Assembly (NCBI GenBank): GCA_964534795.1
Contig: CAZHQK010000112.1
Location: forward strand, 2,277 to 66,276
DNA from: an uncultured Acidobacteriota bacterium
GTDB taxonomy: Bacteria; Acidobacteriota; UBA6911
Length of the DNA stretch: 64,000 nt
Direction: 5' to 3'
Both the position numbers and the translations under genes were made by a program. Position 1 is the first letter of the stretch. The number at the start of each line of letters is the position of its first letter. Shown piece by piece: positions 1-9,379 of this stretch. A model generated the notes under the pieces. It saw only the letters and a list, made by a program, of their open reading frames with translations, was not told the origin of the DNA and did not search any database.

Positions 1-371
1 ATCGCGGTCAGCATCTCCCTGCCCTCGTCGGATGTGCCGATCGACAGCACGCGCACCCGGGGGCTGGCCTTGCCGAGCTCGCGCAGGTATCGGTTGATGT
101 CCTTGGTGTAGGTCAGTTTTTCCGGGGCGCCGATGACATAGCCCAGGATCTTGTCGGGCGACGGAACCGTCGCAGAGGCCGGAAGATGATCCACCAGCTC
201 CGTCAGGAAGAACGGCTCGGTGGTGTATTCCCTGATCTTGGCCGTATACTCCGCATCGATCTGCTGGGCCGCGGCTGCCTTGGCTTGCGGGCCGCCGTAT
301 CCTGCGGCGGGCAGAACACACACAAGGAGAAGGCAGGCCAGCGCAAAATCCCGTCGTTTCAGATCCGCCAT
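1..371 (-). CDS. M14-family metallocarboxypeptidase-like secreted protein, N-terminal part (gene continues beyond window start)
   Basis: Not in the ORF track because no stop lies in the window. Reverse translation from CAT at 369-371 gives MADLKRRDFALACLLLVCVLPAAG (signal peptide), then ...FFLTELVDHLPASATVPSPDKILGYVIGAPEKLTYTKDINRYLRELGKASPRVRVLSIGTSDEGREMLTA. I recognise this from memory as the N-terminal region of M14-like peptidases; it was not searched. Confidence 0.5.
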   Translation of the reverse strand, partial: MADLKRRDFALACLLLVCVLPAAGYGGPQAKAAAAQQIDAEYTAKIREYTTEPFFLTELVDHLPASATVPSPDKILGYVIGAPEKLTYTKDINRYLRELGKASPRVRVLSIGTSDEGREMLTA

Positions 372-615
372 GTGCACCCTCCTTTCATGCCGGTAATCCG
401 GGGAATCGAGTTTGGCATTTTCGGCTGCCAGATACTAACCCGGAAGCCCTCCTCGCAGGAAGTTCAATCGCGCGCCCTCGGGCCCTGCAACCTGCCTGCG
501 GGCGTGAAACCTTCGGCTCCCGCCACCGTCCAATACTTTCAGAATGCCGGGGGCGGCCATCGACAAAGGCTCCCCGGGAATGTAGTCTGATGACTGCGAT
601 TCATTGGGGGGATTG

Positions 616-1449
616 ATGAAGAATCTGTGGAACCGGATTGCAATAACCGGGGTGCTCGTGCTCCTGTGCGCCCCGCTGTTCGCCGACCAGATCGTGCTCC
701 GCGACGGCAGGCAATATTCCGGGAAGTTCATCCGCGCCGACCTGAACGTGGTGGAATTCAGGGTGGCCGGCAAGGTGGAAACCTTCCGCACCACGGACGT
801 CGCACAAATCGTTTTCCAGGAGCCGGAATTGCTGACATCCCCGCCGCAGCCGCGCACGGCGCCGCCCGCTCACGAACCCGCTCGGACCCAGGCTCCACAA
901 CAGACGCGAGCGGCAGCCGATTCCGAGCCGGTCCCCGTGGTGACGCTGCCGGAAGGCACCCAGATAATCGTTCGCACCACCATCGCAATCGACACCGATC
1001 GCAATCGCGTCGGCGACCCCTTCGATGCGGTTCTCGAGCAACCGCTGGCCCTGGGGAGCCAGGTGCTCGTTCCGCGCGGGGTGCCGGTCAAGGGCAGAAT
1101 CGCATACTCACGGGAGTCAGGAAAACTCAGCGGGCAGTCCATGCTCATCCTGGAACTTACCCAACTGACAACGGGCGGTCGGACTTACCAGCTGAGCACA
1201 ACCGATTACAGCCAGCAGGGGGCGTCGCGCGGCAAGGAGACCGCGGGCACGGTCGGCGGCGGCGCCGCACTGGGAGCAATCATCGGAGCCATCGCGGGCG
1301 GCGGCAAAGGAGCTGCCATCGGAGCCGCGACCGGAGCCGCCGTAGGCGCCGGGGTCCAGGTGGTGACCAGCGGCGAGACCCTGAAGGTTCCGGCGGAGAC
1401 CGTCCTGGAATTCAGGCTGCAGCACCCCCTGGCGATCGAAGTCCGCTGA
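616..1449 (+). CDS. secreted glycine-zipper protein (paralog of 15124..15999)
   Basis: ORF 604..1449. ATG at 616 follows GGGGGGA. Signal-like N-terminus [24 protein letters not shown]-terminal glycine zipper [33 protein letters not shown]. About 150 aa align with the lipoprotein at 15124..15999. Confidence 0.6.
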   Translation: MKNLWNRIAITGVLVLLCAPLFADQIVLRDGRQYSGKFIRADLNVVEFRVAGKVETFRTTDVAQIVFQEPELLTSPPQPRTAPPAHEPARTQAPQQTRAAADSEPVPVVTLPEGTQIIVRTTIAIDTDRNRVGDPFDAVLEQPLALGSQVLVPRGVPVKGRIAYSRESGKLSGQSMLILELTQLTTGGRTYQLSTTDYSQQGASRGKETAGTVGGGAALGAIIGAIAGGGKGAAIGAATGAAVGAGVQVVTSGETLKVPAETVLEFRLQHPLAIEVR

Positions 1450-1879
1450 CCGGCCGGCCCGAGCATGCTTTGCTGCACGGCCGCGCGAGCGGTTTCGCTC
1501 CTGGAATCCCCCGCCTTATGGAAGATGGTGCCGCCCCGCCGGAACGCGCACGGATTTCTCCTGCTTCGCCCGGAGCATGAGCTGCGCGAACAGGTGCGCC
1601 GACCGCGCAAGCCTTGAACGGGCGGTGCCGTGCGCAGGCCGGCCGGATTTGGAGACCGCCTTTTGCGTGCTCAGCGAAGCCGGTCGCGGCTATTCACATG
1701 CCCGGGCCGCAATACGCCCTCCCGCGAGCGAACCTTTTCATGTTGCGGCACTCGCCGCCGGGCTGGTAGATTAGGCCGGCAAAGGCCTTGCGGAGCGGCA
1801 TGCCGAGCGGGAGCGCTTCCGATTCCAACCGCATCGTCGCGCCGGCACGCCCGGACGGGGCCGATACGCAGGTGGAGAA

Positions 1880-2728
1880 GTGCCCTTGATCGCGGAAACC
1901 TTGCGGGCGCGGATGGTCTTCCACGAGATTTCCGCGCTCGAAGAGAGCGTTTTCCCCCTGGATCGGGCGGCCCTGGCTATCGGCCTCGAGGAATATCCCG
2001 GCCTGGATCTCGACGAGTACCTCAGGCGGCTCAACCATCTGGCGGCGCGCACCGAGGCCCTCATCGGGCAGGACCGCTCGACCAACAACATCCTGGATTG
2101 CCTCAACGAAGCCCTGTTCGTCCAGGAAGGACTGAAAGGCAACTCCGACGACTATTACGACCCCAGAAACAGTTACCTCAACGAGGTACTGGACCGCAAA
2201 CAGGGAATCCCGATTTCCCTGTCGGTCATATACCTCGAGGTGGCGCGCCGCATCGGATTTGCCGTCCAGGGAGTGGGCCTGCCCGGTCATTTCATCGTCA
2301 AGCACGCTGCCGCCGAGCAGGAGATCCTGATCGACCCGTTCAATCAGGGGAAGCGGCTGACGCCCGCCGATTGCCAGGAGATTCTGGACCGCATCTACGG
2401 GGGGCGGCTGGCCATGCAGCCGGCCTACCTGCAAGGCATGGGCAAGCGGGCCATCGTTTCCCGCATGCTGTTCAACCTCAAGGGCATTTATTATCAAAGG
2501 GAGGAGTATCCCAAGGCCCTGGCGGTCGTGGAGCGCATCCTGATGCTCAATCCGGGCATGCTGACCGAAATCCGCGACCGCGGCCTGCTCCTCATGCAGA
2601 CGAGCCTCTTCTCCAAGGCCCTGGCGGACCTCGAATATTACCTGGCGCACGCCCCCGCGCCGGAAGACGCCCCCCAGGTCAGGCGCCATATACAGACATT
2701 GCGCAGCATCGTGGGCGCCACCAACTAG
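1880..2728 (+). CDS. SirB1/YchA-like protein (transglutaminase-like core plus TPR-like C-terminus)
   Basis: 282-aa ORF with a GTG start. Segment GIPISLSVIYLEVARRIGFAVQGVGLPGHFIVKH and a helical-repeat C-terminus (YYQREEYPKALAVVERILMLNP) match my recollection of the UPF0162/SirB1 family. Confidence 0.55.
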   Translation: MPLIAETLRARMVFHEISALEESVFPLDRAALAIGLEEYPGLDLDEYLRRLNHLAARTEALIGQDRSTNNILDCLNEALFVQEGLKGNSDDYYDPRNSYLNEVLDRKQGIPISLSVIYLEVARRIGFAVQGVGLPGHFIVKHAAAEQEILIDPFNQGKRLTPADCQEILDRIYGGRLAMQPAYLQGMGKRAIVSRMLFNLKGIYYQREEYPKALAVVERILMLNPGMLTEIRDRGLLLMQTSLFSKALADLEYYLAHAPAPEDAPQVRRHIQTLRSIVGATN

Positions 2729-2823
2729 CCGGCAGCCGCGGCGGCCCGTTTGCGGTAATATTTGCAGGCCGGCCCGACTCCGGATACCATGTAGGCTCCG
2801 TAACTGCCAGAGAGGATGCCAAT

Positions 2824-4029
2824 ATGCGAAAACCCGTTTACATTGCGGCCTACCATCAATCCAAGTTCGGCAAGCTGATGGCGATGACGGTTCCCGAAAT
2901 CGTGCGCGCGGCGGTCACCGGAGTGTGCGACGAGCTGCACGTTCACCCGTCGGTCATCGATGTCGGATCGATCGGAGCCACCTGCAATTTCACCCTGAAT
3001 GAACAGGGCCTGCTGGCCGGGCTCGTGGCCATGGTGCCCGGCCTGGAAGGCAAGCCCATCGAAGCGGTCGAAAACGCATGTGCGAGCGGCGGCCAGGCGG
3101 TCCTGTCGACGGTCTACAAGCTGCAGTTCGGCCTGGGAGACGTCGGCATCGCCGTGGGCTACGAGAAGATGCGCGACGCCGAGGGCAAGATGGACGGCAA
3201 GCTGATCGGCAAGGTGCTCGGCCATTTCTCCCATCCCGACGAGCGCGCGGGCAAGGTGTTCGTCTTCCCGCACATCTTTGCCGAGGTCATGGCCGAGTAC
3301 ATGAGGGCACACGGTGTCGGCGAGGCCGACCTCGCGCAGATCGCCGTCGCCGAATACCGCAATGCCAACCACAACCCGTACGCGCAGATGCAGAAGGTGC
3401 AACTCACGCTGGACCAGGCCATGCGCATCGAGGGCATCAACCGCTATGTCGTCGACGGCCTGCCGCTGAAAACCTACGACTGCTCGCAGATCAGCGACGG
3501 CTACGCCGCTCTGCTCATCGCCACCGACGAAGGCCTGGCGAAGCTCGGCGTGCACAAGCATGATTGCGTCGAGCTGGCGGGATACGCGCAGGCGACCGAC
3601 CCCCTCAAGAAGGAGGGCCGCGACGTGCTGCGCCCTGCGGGTGCCTACCGCGCCATGAACGAAGCCTACAGGATGGCGGGCGTCAGCGCGCGCGAGATCA
3701 ATGTCGCCGAAGTGCACGACTGCTTCACCGTGATGGCCGCGATCGCCACCGAAGTGTTGGGCAAGGCGGAATACGGCAAGGGCGTGCGCTACTGGCTCGA
3801 GGGCAAGGCCGCCCCCGACGGCGAATGCGGGATCAACACCTCGGGCGGACTGATCGCCAAGGGCCACCCCGTGGGGGCCACGGGCGTGGCCATGATCGGG
3901 TGGTGCGCCTGGCAGCTCCTGGAAAAAGTCCCGGCCGCGCTGCAGGTCCGCAACCCGCGATTTGCCGCCACGTTCAACATCGGCGGTCCGATCTGCGCGA
4001 GCGTATGCACCGTGCTGCGGCGCGCGTGA
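2824..4029 (+). CDS. thiolase-fold protein (SCP-x / lipid-transfer type acetyl-CoA acetyltransferase-like)
   Basis: In-frame ATG inside ORF 1630..4029. MRKPVYIAAYHQSKFGK..., nucleophile context VENACASGGQAV, C-terminal NTSGGLIAKGHPVGATG and ATFNIGG. The upstream 398 codons of the ORF are Arg/Pro-rich and overlap the SirB1-like gene. Confidence 0.8.
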   Translation: MRKPVYIAAYHQSKFGKLMAMTVPEIVRAAVTGVCDELHVHPSVIDVGSIGATCNFTLNEQGLLAGLVAMVPGLEGKPIEAVENACASGGQAVLSTVYKLQFGLGDVGIAVGYEKMRDAEGKMDGKLIGKVLGHFSHPDERAGKVFVFPHIFAEVMAEYMRAHGVGEADLAQIAVAEYRNANHNPYAQMQKVQLTLDQAMRIEGINRYVVDGLPLKTYDCSQISDGYAALLIATDEGLAKLGVHKHDCVELAGYAQATDPLKKEGRDVLRPAGAYRAMNEAYRMAGVSAREINVAEVHDCFTVMAAIATEVLGKAEYGKGVRYWLEGKAAPDGECGINTSGGLIAKGHPVGATGVAMIGWCAWQLLEKVPAALQVRNPRFAATFNIGGPICASVCTVLRRA

Positions 4030-4041
4030 AACCGGAACAGG

Positions 4042-5766
4042 CTATCGCGGCGGGCGCGACTGGATGAAAAAGAAGCGAATGCCGAGAGCCGCGGCGGCCG
4101 TTGCCAGAGCGTAGGTCGAAAAGCGAAACAGGCCCGTGCTCAGGGCCAGCAGGTGAAACCACACGGCATTCCAGCCCAGGCCGGCCGCGCGCGCCATCGC
4201 GACAAGCACGGCCACGGCGGGAACCCCCGCGGCCAGAACCAGCACCCGGTTGGCGGCCCGCGCGCCGGGCGCCGCAGCGCAGCCCGCAAGGCTCCAGACG
4301 AGGCCGGGAAGCCACAGAAAGGTCACGGCCCAGTAGGAGTTGGCCGCAAGAGACAGGGCGACGACCGACACAAGGACGAGCAGCAGGAAGAGCTTCACAG
4401 GATAGAATGGCGCCCGCGGCACCTTGCGGGTGAGGTATCTTCCCAGGAAATACAGCAGCACCGCAGCCGCCGCGCCCGCCAGGAAAACGTACCCCGTTAT
4501 TCGCCAATCCGGCCTCTCCATGACCGGATCGCCCGCAGGCGGCGGATAGAGGCTGTAACGCGGCAGCAACCGCAGGCTCCAGCAAAAGACGATGCCGGCA
4601 TAGACGACCAGGAAAGGAATCCAAGTGCCGAGGAAGGAGACGGTTTCACGCGCGAACAGCTCCACCCCGAAATCCTCGTTGTAACGCCGCCAGTGAAAGA
4701 GAAAGGCGGCCGCAAAAGGCGCGAACGAGATCAAGTGAAGCAGGACCGCGAGCGGTGCCGGCAGATACCGGCCCTTGCGGATCTGGAAAGCTCCCGGCGA
4801 CTCCTGCGGGAGCGAAGGCGCGCCGGCGAGCGCAGCGACCAGCCTCTCGGCGGCCCGCCCGAACCTCCCGATGCCCTCGGGCTCGAGCCCCTCGCCTGCG
4901 GGCCGGGACAAATCGAGGCCGCTGCGCGCATGCGACGCACCGGCCGTGATGCCCTCGAGGCCTATCGCCTGGATGCCGGCACCGAGAAAAGCTCCGGCGC
5001 CGGTCGCCGGCAGCTGAAAGGACCGCTCCAGGTGCTCTTCGAACCCGGAGGGCTCCGCCACATCGAGGCCTTCCGCCTCGGCCGCAGCGCGCGCCGCCAA
5101 GCGCAGCCAGGCCGGCGCGTAGCCCCGATCCAGCCCCACGCACGCGAGCGCGATCCCCGTAAGTCCGCCGGCGGCCGCGCCTCCCAGCGAAACCGCAGCC
5201 GCCGGGGCGGAACCCCGTCCGAAGCTTCGGGCCAAATCGAGCGCTCCCAGTATGCCCGCCTTCTCGCCGTCGACGGCGACAAAAAGGATGCTGCGGCGCG
5301 TGGGCTCTTCGGAAAAAACCCGGGCCAGCTCCAGCAGCACCGCCACACCCAAACCCTCCCCTGGAGAAGCCTCGGCGGCATGAACGGCGGTGTCGTAGTG
5401 CGCCACGACGGCGATCGTTTCCTCGAATTCACCCTGCTTGAAGGCGAGCACGTTCCTCCCGACCTGGCGGCGCCCCGCGACGGTCGCATCGAAATGCGCG
5501 TATTCCACGCGATAACCCAGGGGTGCCAGGGACTCCCTGAAGAAGGCGGTCGATTGCCGCGCTGCGACGCTGCCCAAAGGCCGCCGGGGATAGCGCGCCG
5601 CGTATTCGAGCGCCGCCGCATAGGCCCGCGCGCCGTCGAAGCGCGGCGCGCGCGGCACGGCCATGCGCGGCTGCGAGACCAGTCCTGCGGCAAGAGGAGA
5701 GAGCAACCAGCACACGACCGCGAGCGCCGACAACAGCAGAACGAATCTCTTTTGCCCGGTGTCCAT
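4042..5766 (-). CDS. polytopic membrane M28-family peptidase
   Basis: ATG at 5766 with GGGAGGTG 8 nt upstream. N-terminal TM segment, M28-like VAHYDTA...GVAVLLELARVF...FVAVDGEKAGILGA, then a C-terminal half with many hydrophobic helices. Confidence 0.65.
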   Translation of the reverse strand: MDTGQKRFVLLLSALAVVCWLLSPLAAGLVSQPRMAVPRAPRFDGARAYAAALEYAARYPRRPLGSVAARQSTAFFRESLAPLGYRVEYAHFDATVAGRRQVGRNVLAFKQGEFEETIAVVAHYDTAVHAAEASPGEGLGVAVLLELARVFSEEPTRRSILFVAVDGEKAGILGALDLARSFGRGSAPAAAVSLGGAAAGGLTGIALACVGLDRGYAPAWLRLAARAAAEAEGLDVAEPSGFEEHLERSFQLPATGAGAFLGAGIQAIGLEGITAGASHARSGLDLSRPAGEGLEPEGIGRFGRAAERLVAALAGAPSLPQESPGAFQIRKGRYLPAPLAVLLHLISFAPFAAAFLFHWRRYNEDFGVELFARETVSFLGTWIPFLVVYAGIVFCWSLRLLPRYSLYPPPAGDPVMERPDWRITGYVFLAGAAAAVLLYFLGRYLTRKVPRAPFYPVKLFLLLVLVSVVALSLAANSYWAVTFLWLPGLVWSLAGCAAAPGARAANRVLVLAAGVPAVAVLVAMARAAGLGWNAVWFHLLALSTGLFRFSTYALATAAAALGIRFFFIQSRPPR

Positions 5767-5892
5767 CGAGGATGCACCTCCCTGCGCCAGGAAAGACCTG
5801 CGGCTCGGCATCGAGACCTTCGACGGCAAGTCTAGCACAATCCGCACGACCGGTGCCGCGGCGGCCGCCCGGCCGGATGCCGCCGCCCGCGC

Positions 5893-5926
5893 AAAAAAAA
5901 GCCCCCCGCCGCTCGCGGCGGGGGGC
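5893..5926 (-). terminator. Rho-independent terminator downstream of the ferredoxin gene
   Basis: On the minus strand: GCCCCCCGCCGC-GA-GCGGCGGGGGGC (12-bp GC stem) followed by TTTTTTTT (A-run 5893-5900 on plus). It lies 29 nt after the ferredoxin stop. Confidence 0.75.
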
Positions 5927-5954
5927 CCGGCGTGGATCCTATCCGGAAGAAATG

Positions 5955-6257
5955 CTAAAAGGTCTTGTCCGGATGCAGCGCCTTGGCCTTCTCCAGCAAT
6001 GCCTCCTTGGTTTCCACATTGTTGGGGTCCTTGACGATGCAGTCCGCCGGACAGACGGATATACACTGCTCCGAATCATGGAAGCCTACACATTCCGTGC
6101 ATTTCTGGGGAACTATGTAATAATAGTCCGCCGAAAGAGCGGGGAATGTCTGCCCGTTGTATTCATAATCCTCGCCGTTCGCATAGATCGCGGTGTTGGG
6201 GCACTCGGGCTGACAGGCTCCGCAATTGATGCACTCCTCGGTGATCATTAAAGACAT
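5955..6257 (-). CDS. 2x[4Fe-4S] ferredoxin
   Basis: Internal ATG at 6257 with GGGAGGAG RBS. MSLMITEECINCGACQPECP (CxxCxxCxxxCP) and CTECVGFHDSEQCISVCP (second cluster with insertion). 100 aa. Confidence 0.85.
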   Translation of the reverse strand: MSLMITEECINCGACQPECPNTAIYANGEDYEYNGQTFPALSADYYYIVPQKCTECVGFHDSEQCISVCPADCIVKDPNNVETKEALLEKAKALHPDKTF

Positions 6258-6434
6258 GGTTCCACTCCTCCCGACTCGCGTTGTAGACGCTGTATATAAA
6301 TAAACATCCCTTTCCTGGGCGTCTATAGAGCTTGCCGAGGCCGAGGCGGCAACCGGTAAACTCATGCATATGGCCAACCCGGCCCGCGCCGCGCGGCTGG
6401 GCATCTCGAACCCGGCAACTCCATCGGCGGCACC

Positions 6435-6455
6435 GCGAAATTAATACAATTTCGC
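6435..6455. promoter_or_regulatory. perfect 8-5-8 palindrome GCGAAATT-AATAC-AATTTCGC in a divergent promoter region
   Basis: Read directly. Followed by TTTTT on the plus strand. Lies in the AT-rich 370-bp spacer between the ferredoxin gene (minus) and the beta-lactamase-like gene (plus). No upstream plus-strand gene exists to terminate, so an operator is more likely than a terminator. Confidence 0.3.
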
Positions 6456-6628
6456 TTTTTGAAATTCAAGCTTAAAATCAGGAACCGACCGGCGCCGGCG
6501 CCCGGAGGGGCGCGGACGGCCGCGCCACGGTCCGCTCCGGCCGGCGACTGTGGTATGATGCGCGCCGCGGCCGCGACTGCGCGCGGGCGCGCCCGGCGCC
6601 TGCGCCTCCGGCCGCGAGGGAGTGGACC

Positions 6629-7543
6629 ATGGCCAGAGCGTTGCTTTCCCTTGTCCTCCTTGCCGCCGTTGCCCTGCCGCTGCGCGCGCAATCGCAGTCG
6701 GCGCTCGATCGCCTGAGAGCCAGGATCGAGTCGGTCACCCGCTCGATCGCCGCCACCTGGGGCATCTACGTCAAGTCGCTCGACACCGGCGAAGAGATCG
6801 CCATCGATGCCGACAGGCAGATGGATACCATGTCGGTGATCAAGATTCCGATCATGGTGGAAGCCTACCGCCAGGCGGCCGAGGGCCGGTTGCGCCTGTC
6901 GGACACGCATGTGCTGAAGGATGCCGAGAAGCTGCCGGGCACGGGAATCCTGCAGCGCTTCGCCGAGGGAACGACGCTGTCCTGGGCGGACCTCATCGAC
7001 CTGATGATCATCGTGAGCGACAATACCGCCACGGATCTCGTGCTGCGCAAGCTGGGAGGGCCCGAGGCGGTCAATAAACTCATGGATTCCTACGGCCTCG
7101 AAAAGATCCGCGCCACCGGATACGCGGGCGACTGGTTCCGCGCCCTGCGCGAGCGCGGCGACCGCGCGGCCTTTCATCGAGAAGCCAAGCACCCGTTCGG
7201 CCTCGCGACCCCGCGGCAGATGGGCCTGCTGCTCGAAAGAATCGCCAAGGGCGAAGCCGTGGACAAGGAATCCGGCCGCAGGATGCTCGAGCATCTGCGC
7301 GGGCAACTCTACGCCTCGCGCATTCCGCGCAACCTGGCATTCACGGGCTTCTCGACGCGGCCGCCGCACAAGACGGGCGACTTCCTGCCGTATATCGGCA
7401 ACGACGTGGGGATTCTCGAAGGCAACGGCAAGCGGGTGGTGATCGCCGTCTTCACCGCCAATCATTTCGGCCTGGGAACGGTGCTCGAGCAGGCGATCGG
7501 CCTGATCGCCGAGCAGGTCGCCGACTACTTCGGCAACCGATGA
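6629..7543 (+). CDS. class A beta-lactamase-family serine hydrolase, secreted
   Basis: GAGGGAG RBS. Signal peptide MARALLSLVLLAAVALPLRAQ. Motifs SVIK (SxxK), VSDN (SDN) and HKTG (KTG) occur in the right order and spacing. Confidence 0.75.
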   Translation: MARALLSLVLLAAVALPLRAQSQSALDRLRARIESVTRSIAATWGIYVKSLDTGEEIAIDADRQMDTMSVIKIPIMVEAYRQAAEGRLRLSDTHVLKDAEKLPGTGILQRFAEGTTLSWADLIDLMIIVSDNTATDLVLRKLGGPEAVNKLMDSYGLEKIRATGYAGDWFRALRERGDRAAFHREAKHPFGLATPRQMGLLLERIAKGEAVDKESGRRMLEHLRGQLYASRIPRNLAFTGFSTRPPHKTGDFLPYIGNDVGILEGNGKRVVIAVFTANHFGLGTVLEQAIGLIAEQVADYFGNR

Positions 7544-7654
7544 CGGCAGCCGGGCCGATGGTCGAGACCGGCTCTCCGAGCGCTCGCATCCCTCGCGGCG
7601 CCTTCGTGAAATTGCCTTGAGCGCCGCACCTGCTTCGCCCCGGCTCGCTGTCGA

Positions 7655-9280
7655 CTACGGACTCGGGGAAGCCCGGCACAGGTATCCCGCGTCGCCCCAC
7701 GCAGCGCCGAGCGGCGTGCAGGAACCCGCGTCCACTCCGAGTCCGAAGTATGCCAAAGCCGGCGCGACAACCGCTATTTCCCCCTTGCTCGACAGATAAA
7801 CCAGCCTGCGATCGGACGCGTATCCGCGCAGCAGCGATGCGATTCGTCGATCCAGGTTCGCATTCAGGCCGGGATACAGCCAGTTTGCCTGAATGCGAAC
7901 GAAACGCGTCGTTGCCGGAAAGGAAGGAACGATGTAGGCCGTCGCCTCCTCGCCCCCCATGATCACGAGGCTCCGGGCGAGGCCGGGCCACGGCGGCGGC
8001 GACACTTTCAGCATGGCATCCCCGAAGGGGACACGCCCGAAGTCCATGGGCGACATTTGCCGGCAAATCATGCCGAGGAGTGCCAGGGATACGGCAGCTG
8101 CGACCACCCTCCGGCGTATCAGGTATAGCAGAGCCATAACGATGAAGACCGGGGCGATGAATTCCAGGGCCGCGGCGTAGCGATATATCGAGAAAAGCCG
8201 TTGCCAGAGGACGTAACTGAACACCATGAATCCTGCCAGCAGAAAAAGGCAGTCGCCGGAGCACTGCGACCCTGCAGCAGGGTCCTTCGTTTTTCTGCGG
8301 CCGAAAGCCCGCATCGCCCGTGTTATCGCAAGCGCCGCGACCAGGACATAACAGGCGGCGAAGCGCCAGTCGCGGAACGGCAGCTCGCTCACCAGAGTGT
8401 TCTTCCGCACAAAATAGAATGGATAGAACAGGCGCTGCGACCAGTCGCGCGGCAGGAAGCGTGCATCCATCGTATTTTCATGGGGGTACATTTCCGACCG
8501 GAACACGTTGTTCAGGTACGGGAAAACCGGATTCCCGAACTCGCGCTCGAGCGCGAGCCCCCAGTAGCCGTAGGTGAGGGCAAAACCGATCGCCGCGCCG
8601 ATGACGAAACGAGCGGCATCTCTCACTCGGATGCGCGCAAGAACCGCGAGCAACCCCAGCATGACGGCCAGGGAAACGGCATAGATCGCCGTCGTGAGTT
8701 TCAACCCGCAAGCCAGTCCGACGAGCCCGCCCGCCGCGCCCATCCTCCAGCGCCCCCGGCGCCCGTGTGCCGCACCAATCCCGATATGATCGACGAGCAA
8801 CAGAACGGCAGCCAGGGGAAACAGGCTGATGACATTGTCCCCGAATGTCGTCCCCAGTTCCGCGAGATTCGCCGCGCCATAAAATGCCGCGGCAGCACAT
8901 GCAATGCTGAGGATCGTGCACGGTCCGCTTCCGATGCCGGCGAACAGCTTCTTCGAGATCCTGTAGATCAGCCAGATGTTCACGCCCTGCAGCGCTGCCA
9001 GGATCGCGGCCGTAGCGCGCGTCGGCAGGTGGGCGAGCAGGAGGTAGCTGGGAACGTGGAAGAGCGGATTGAAGAAGCTCTGGACTTGTGCCGGGGCGAA
9101 ATCATACAGGAGAGGCTTGTGCAGCAGTGCGTACCCGGCGTAATAGTGGTAGTTCCTCTGGTCCCAGTCGGCGCTCTGGCCCATCGAGAGCGCGGCGGCG
9201 ACCGATGCGCCGATGCCCGCCGCCGGCACGAGCAGGTCGAGCACGCGGCCGAGCCTGTCCTGCACGTCGGAATGTGCCAT
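7655..9280 (-). CDS. polytopic GT-C-fold membrane glycosyltransferase (DUF2029/GT87-like, tentative)
   Basis: 541-aa ORF, hydrophobic throughout. The early loop DWDQRNYHYYAGYALLHKPLLYDFAPAQVQSFFNP resembles GT-C mannosyl/arabinosyl-transferases. Family assignment is from memory only. Confidence 0.5.
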   Translation of the reverse strand: MAHSDVQDRLGRVLDLLVPAAGIGASVAAALSMGQSADWDQRNYHYYAGYALLHKPLLYDFAPAQVQSFFNPLFHVPSYLLLAHLPTRATAAILAALQGVNIWLIYRISKKLFAGIGSGPCTILSIACAAAAFYGAANLAELGTTFGDNVISLFPLAAVLLLVDHIGIGAAHGRRGRWRMGAAGGLVGLACGLKLTTAIYAVSLAVMLGLLAVLARIRVRDAARFVIGAAIGFALTYGYWGLALEREFGNPVFPYLNNVFRSEMYPHENTMDARFLPRDWSQRLFYPFYFVRKNTLVSELPFRDWRFAACYVLVAALAITRAMRAFGRRKTKDPAAGSQCSGDCLFLLAGFMVFSYVLWQRLFSIYRYAAALEFIAPVFIVMALLYLIRRRVVAAAVSLALLGMICRQMSPMDFGRVPFGDAMLKVSPPPWPGLARSLVIMGGEEATAYIVPSFPATTRFVRIQANWLYPGLNANLDRRIASLLRGYASDRRLVYLSSKGEIAVVAPALAYFGLGVDAGSCTPLGAAWGDAGYLCRASPSP

Positions 9281-9379
9281 GTTTCACGACCATGACGGTT
9301 GACGGCGCGAAAAATAGCACAGGATGGAACCGGGCATCATTAAAATGTTGCCGGCATCCGGGATTCCAAGGCATCAACG

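Noticed and set aside
1630-2823. The 398-codon N-terminal extension of ORF 1630..4029 upstream of the thiolase ATG
   Set aside because: It is extremely Arg/Pro/Gly-rich (a GC-frame artefact). It overlaps the well-supported SirB1-like gene in another frame. Thiolase homology begins exactly at MRKPVYIAAY (ATG 2824).
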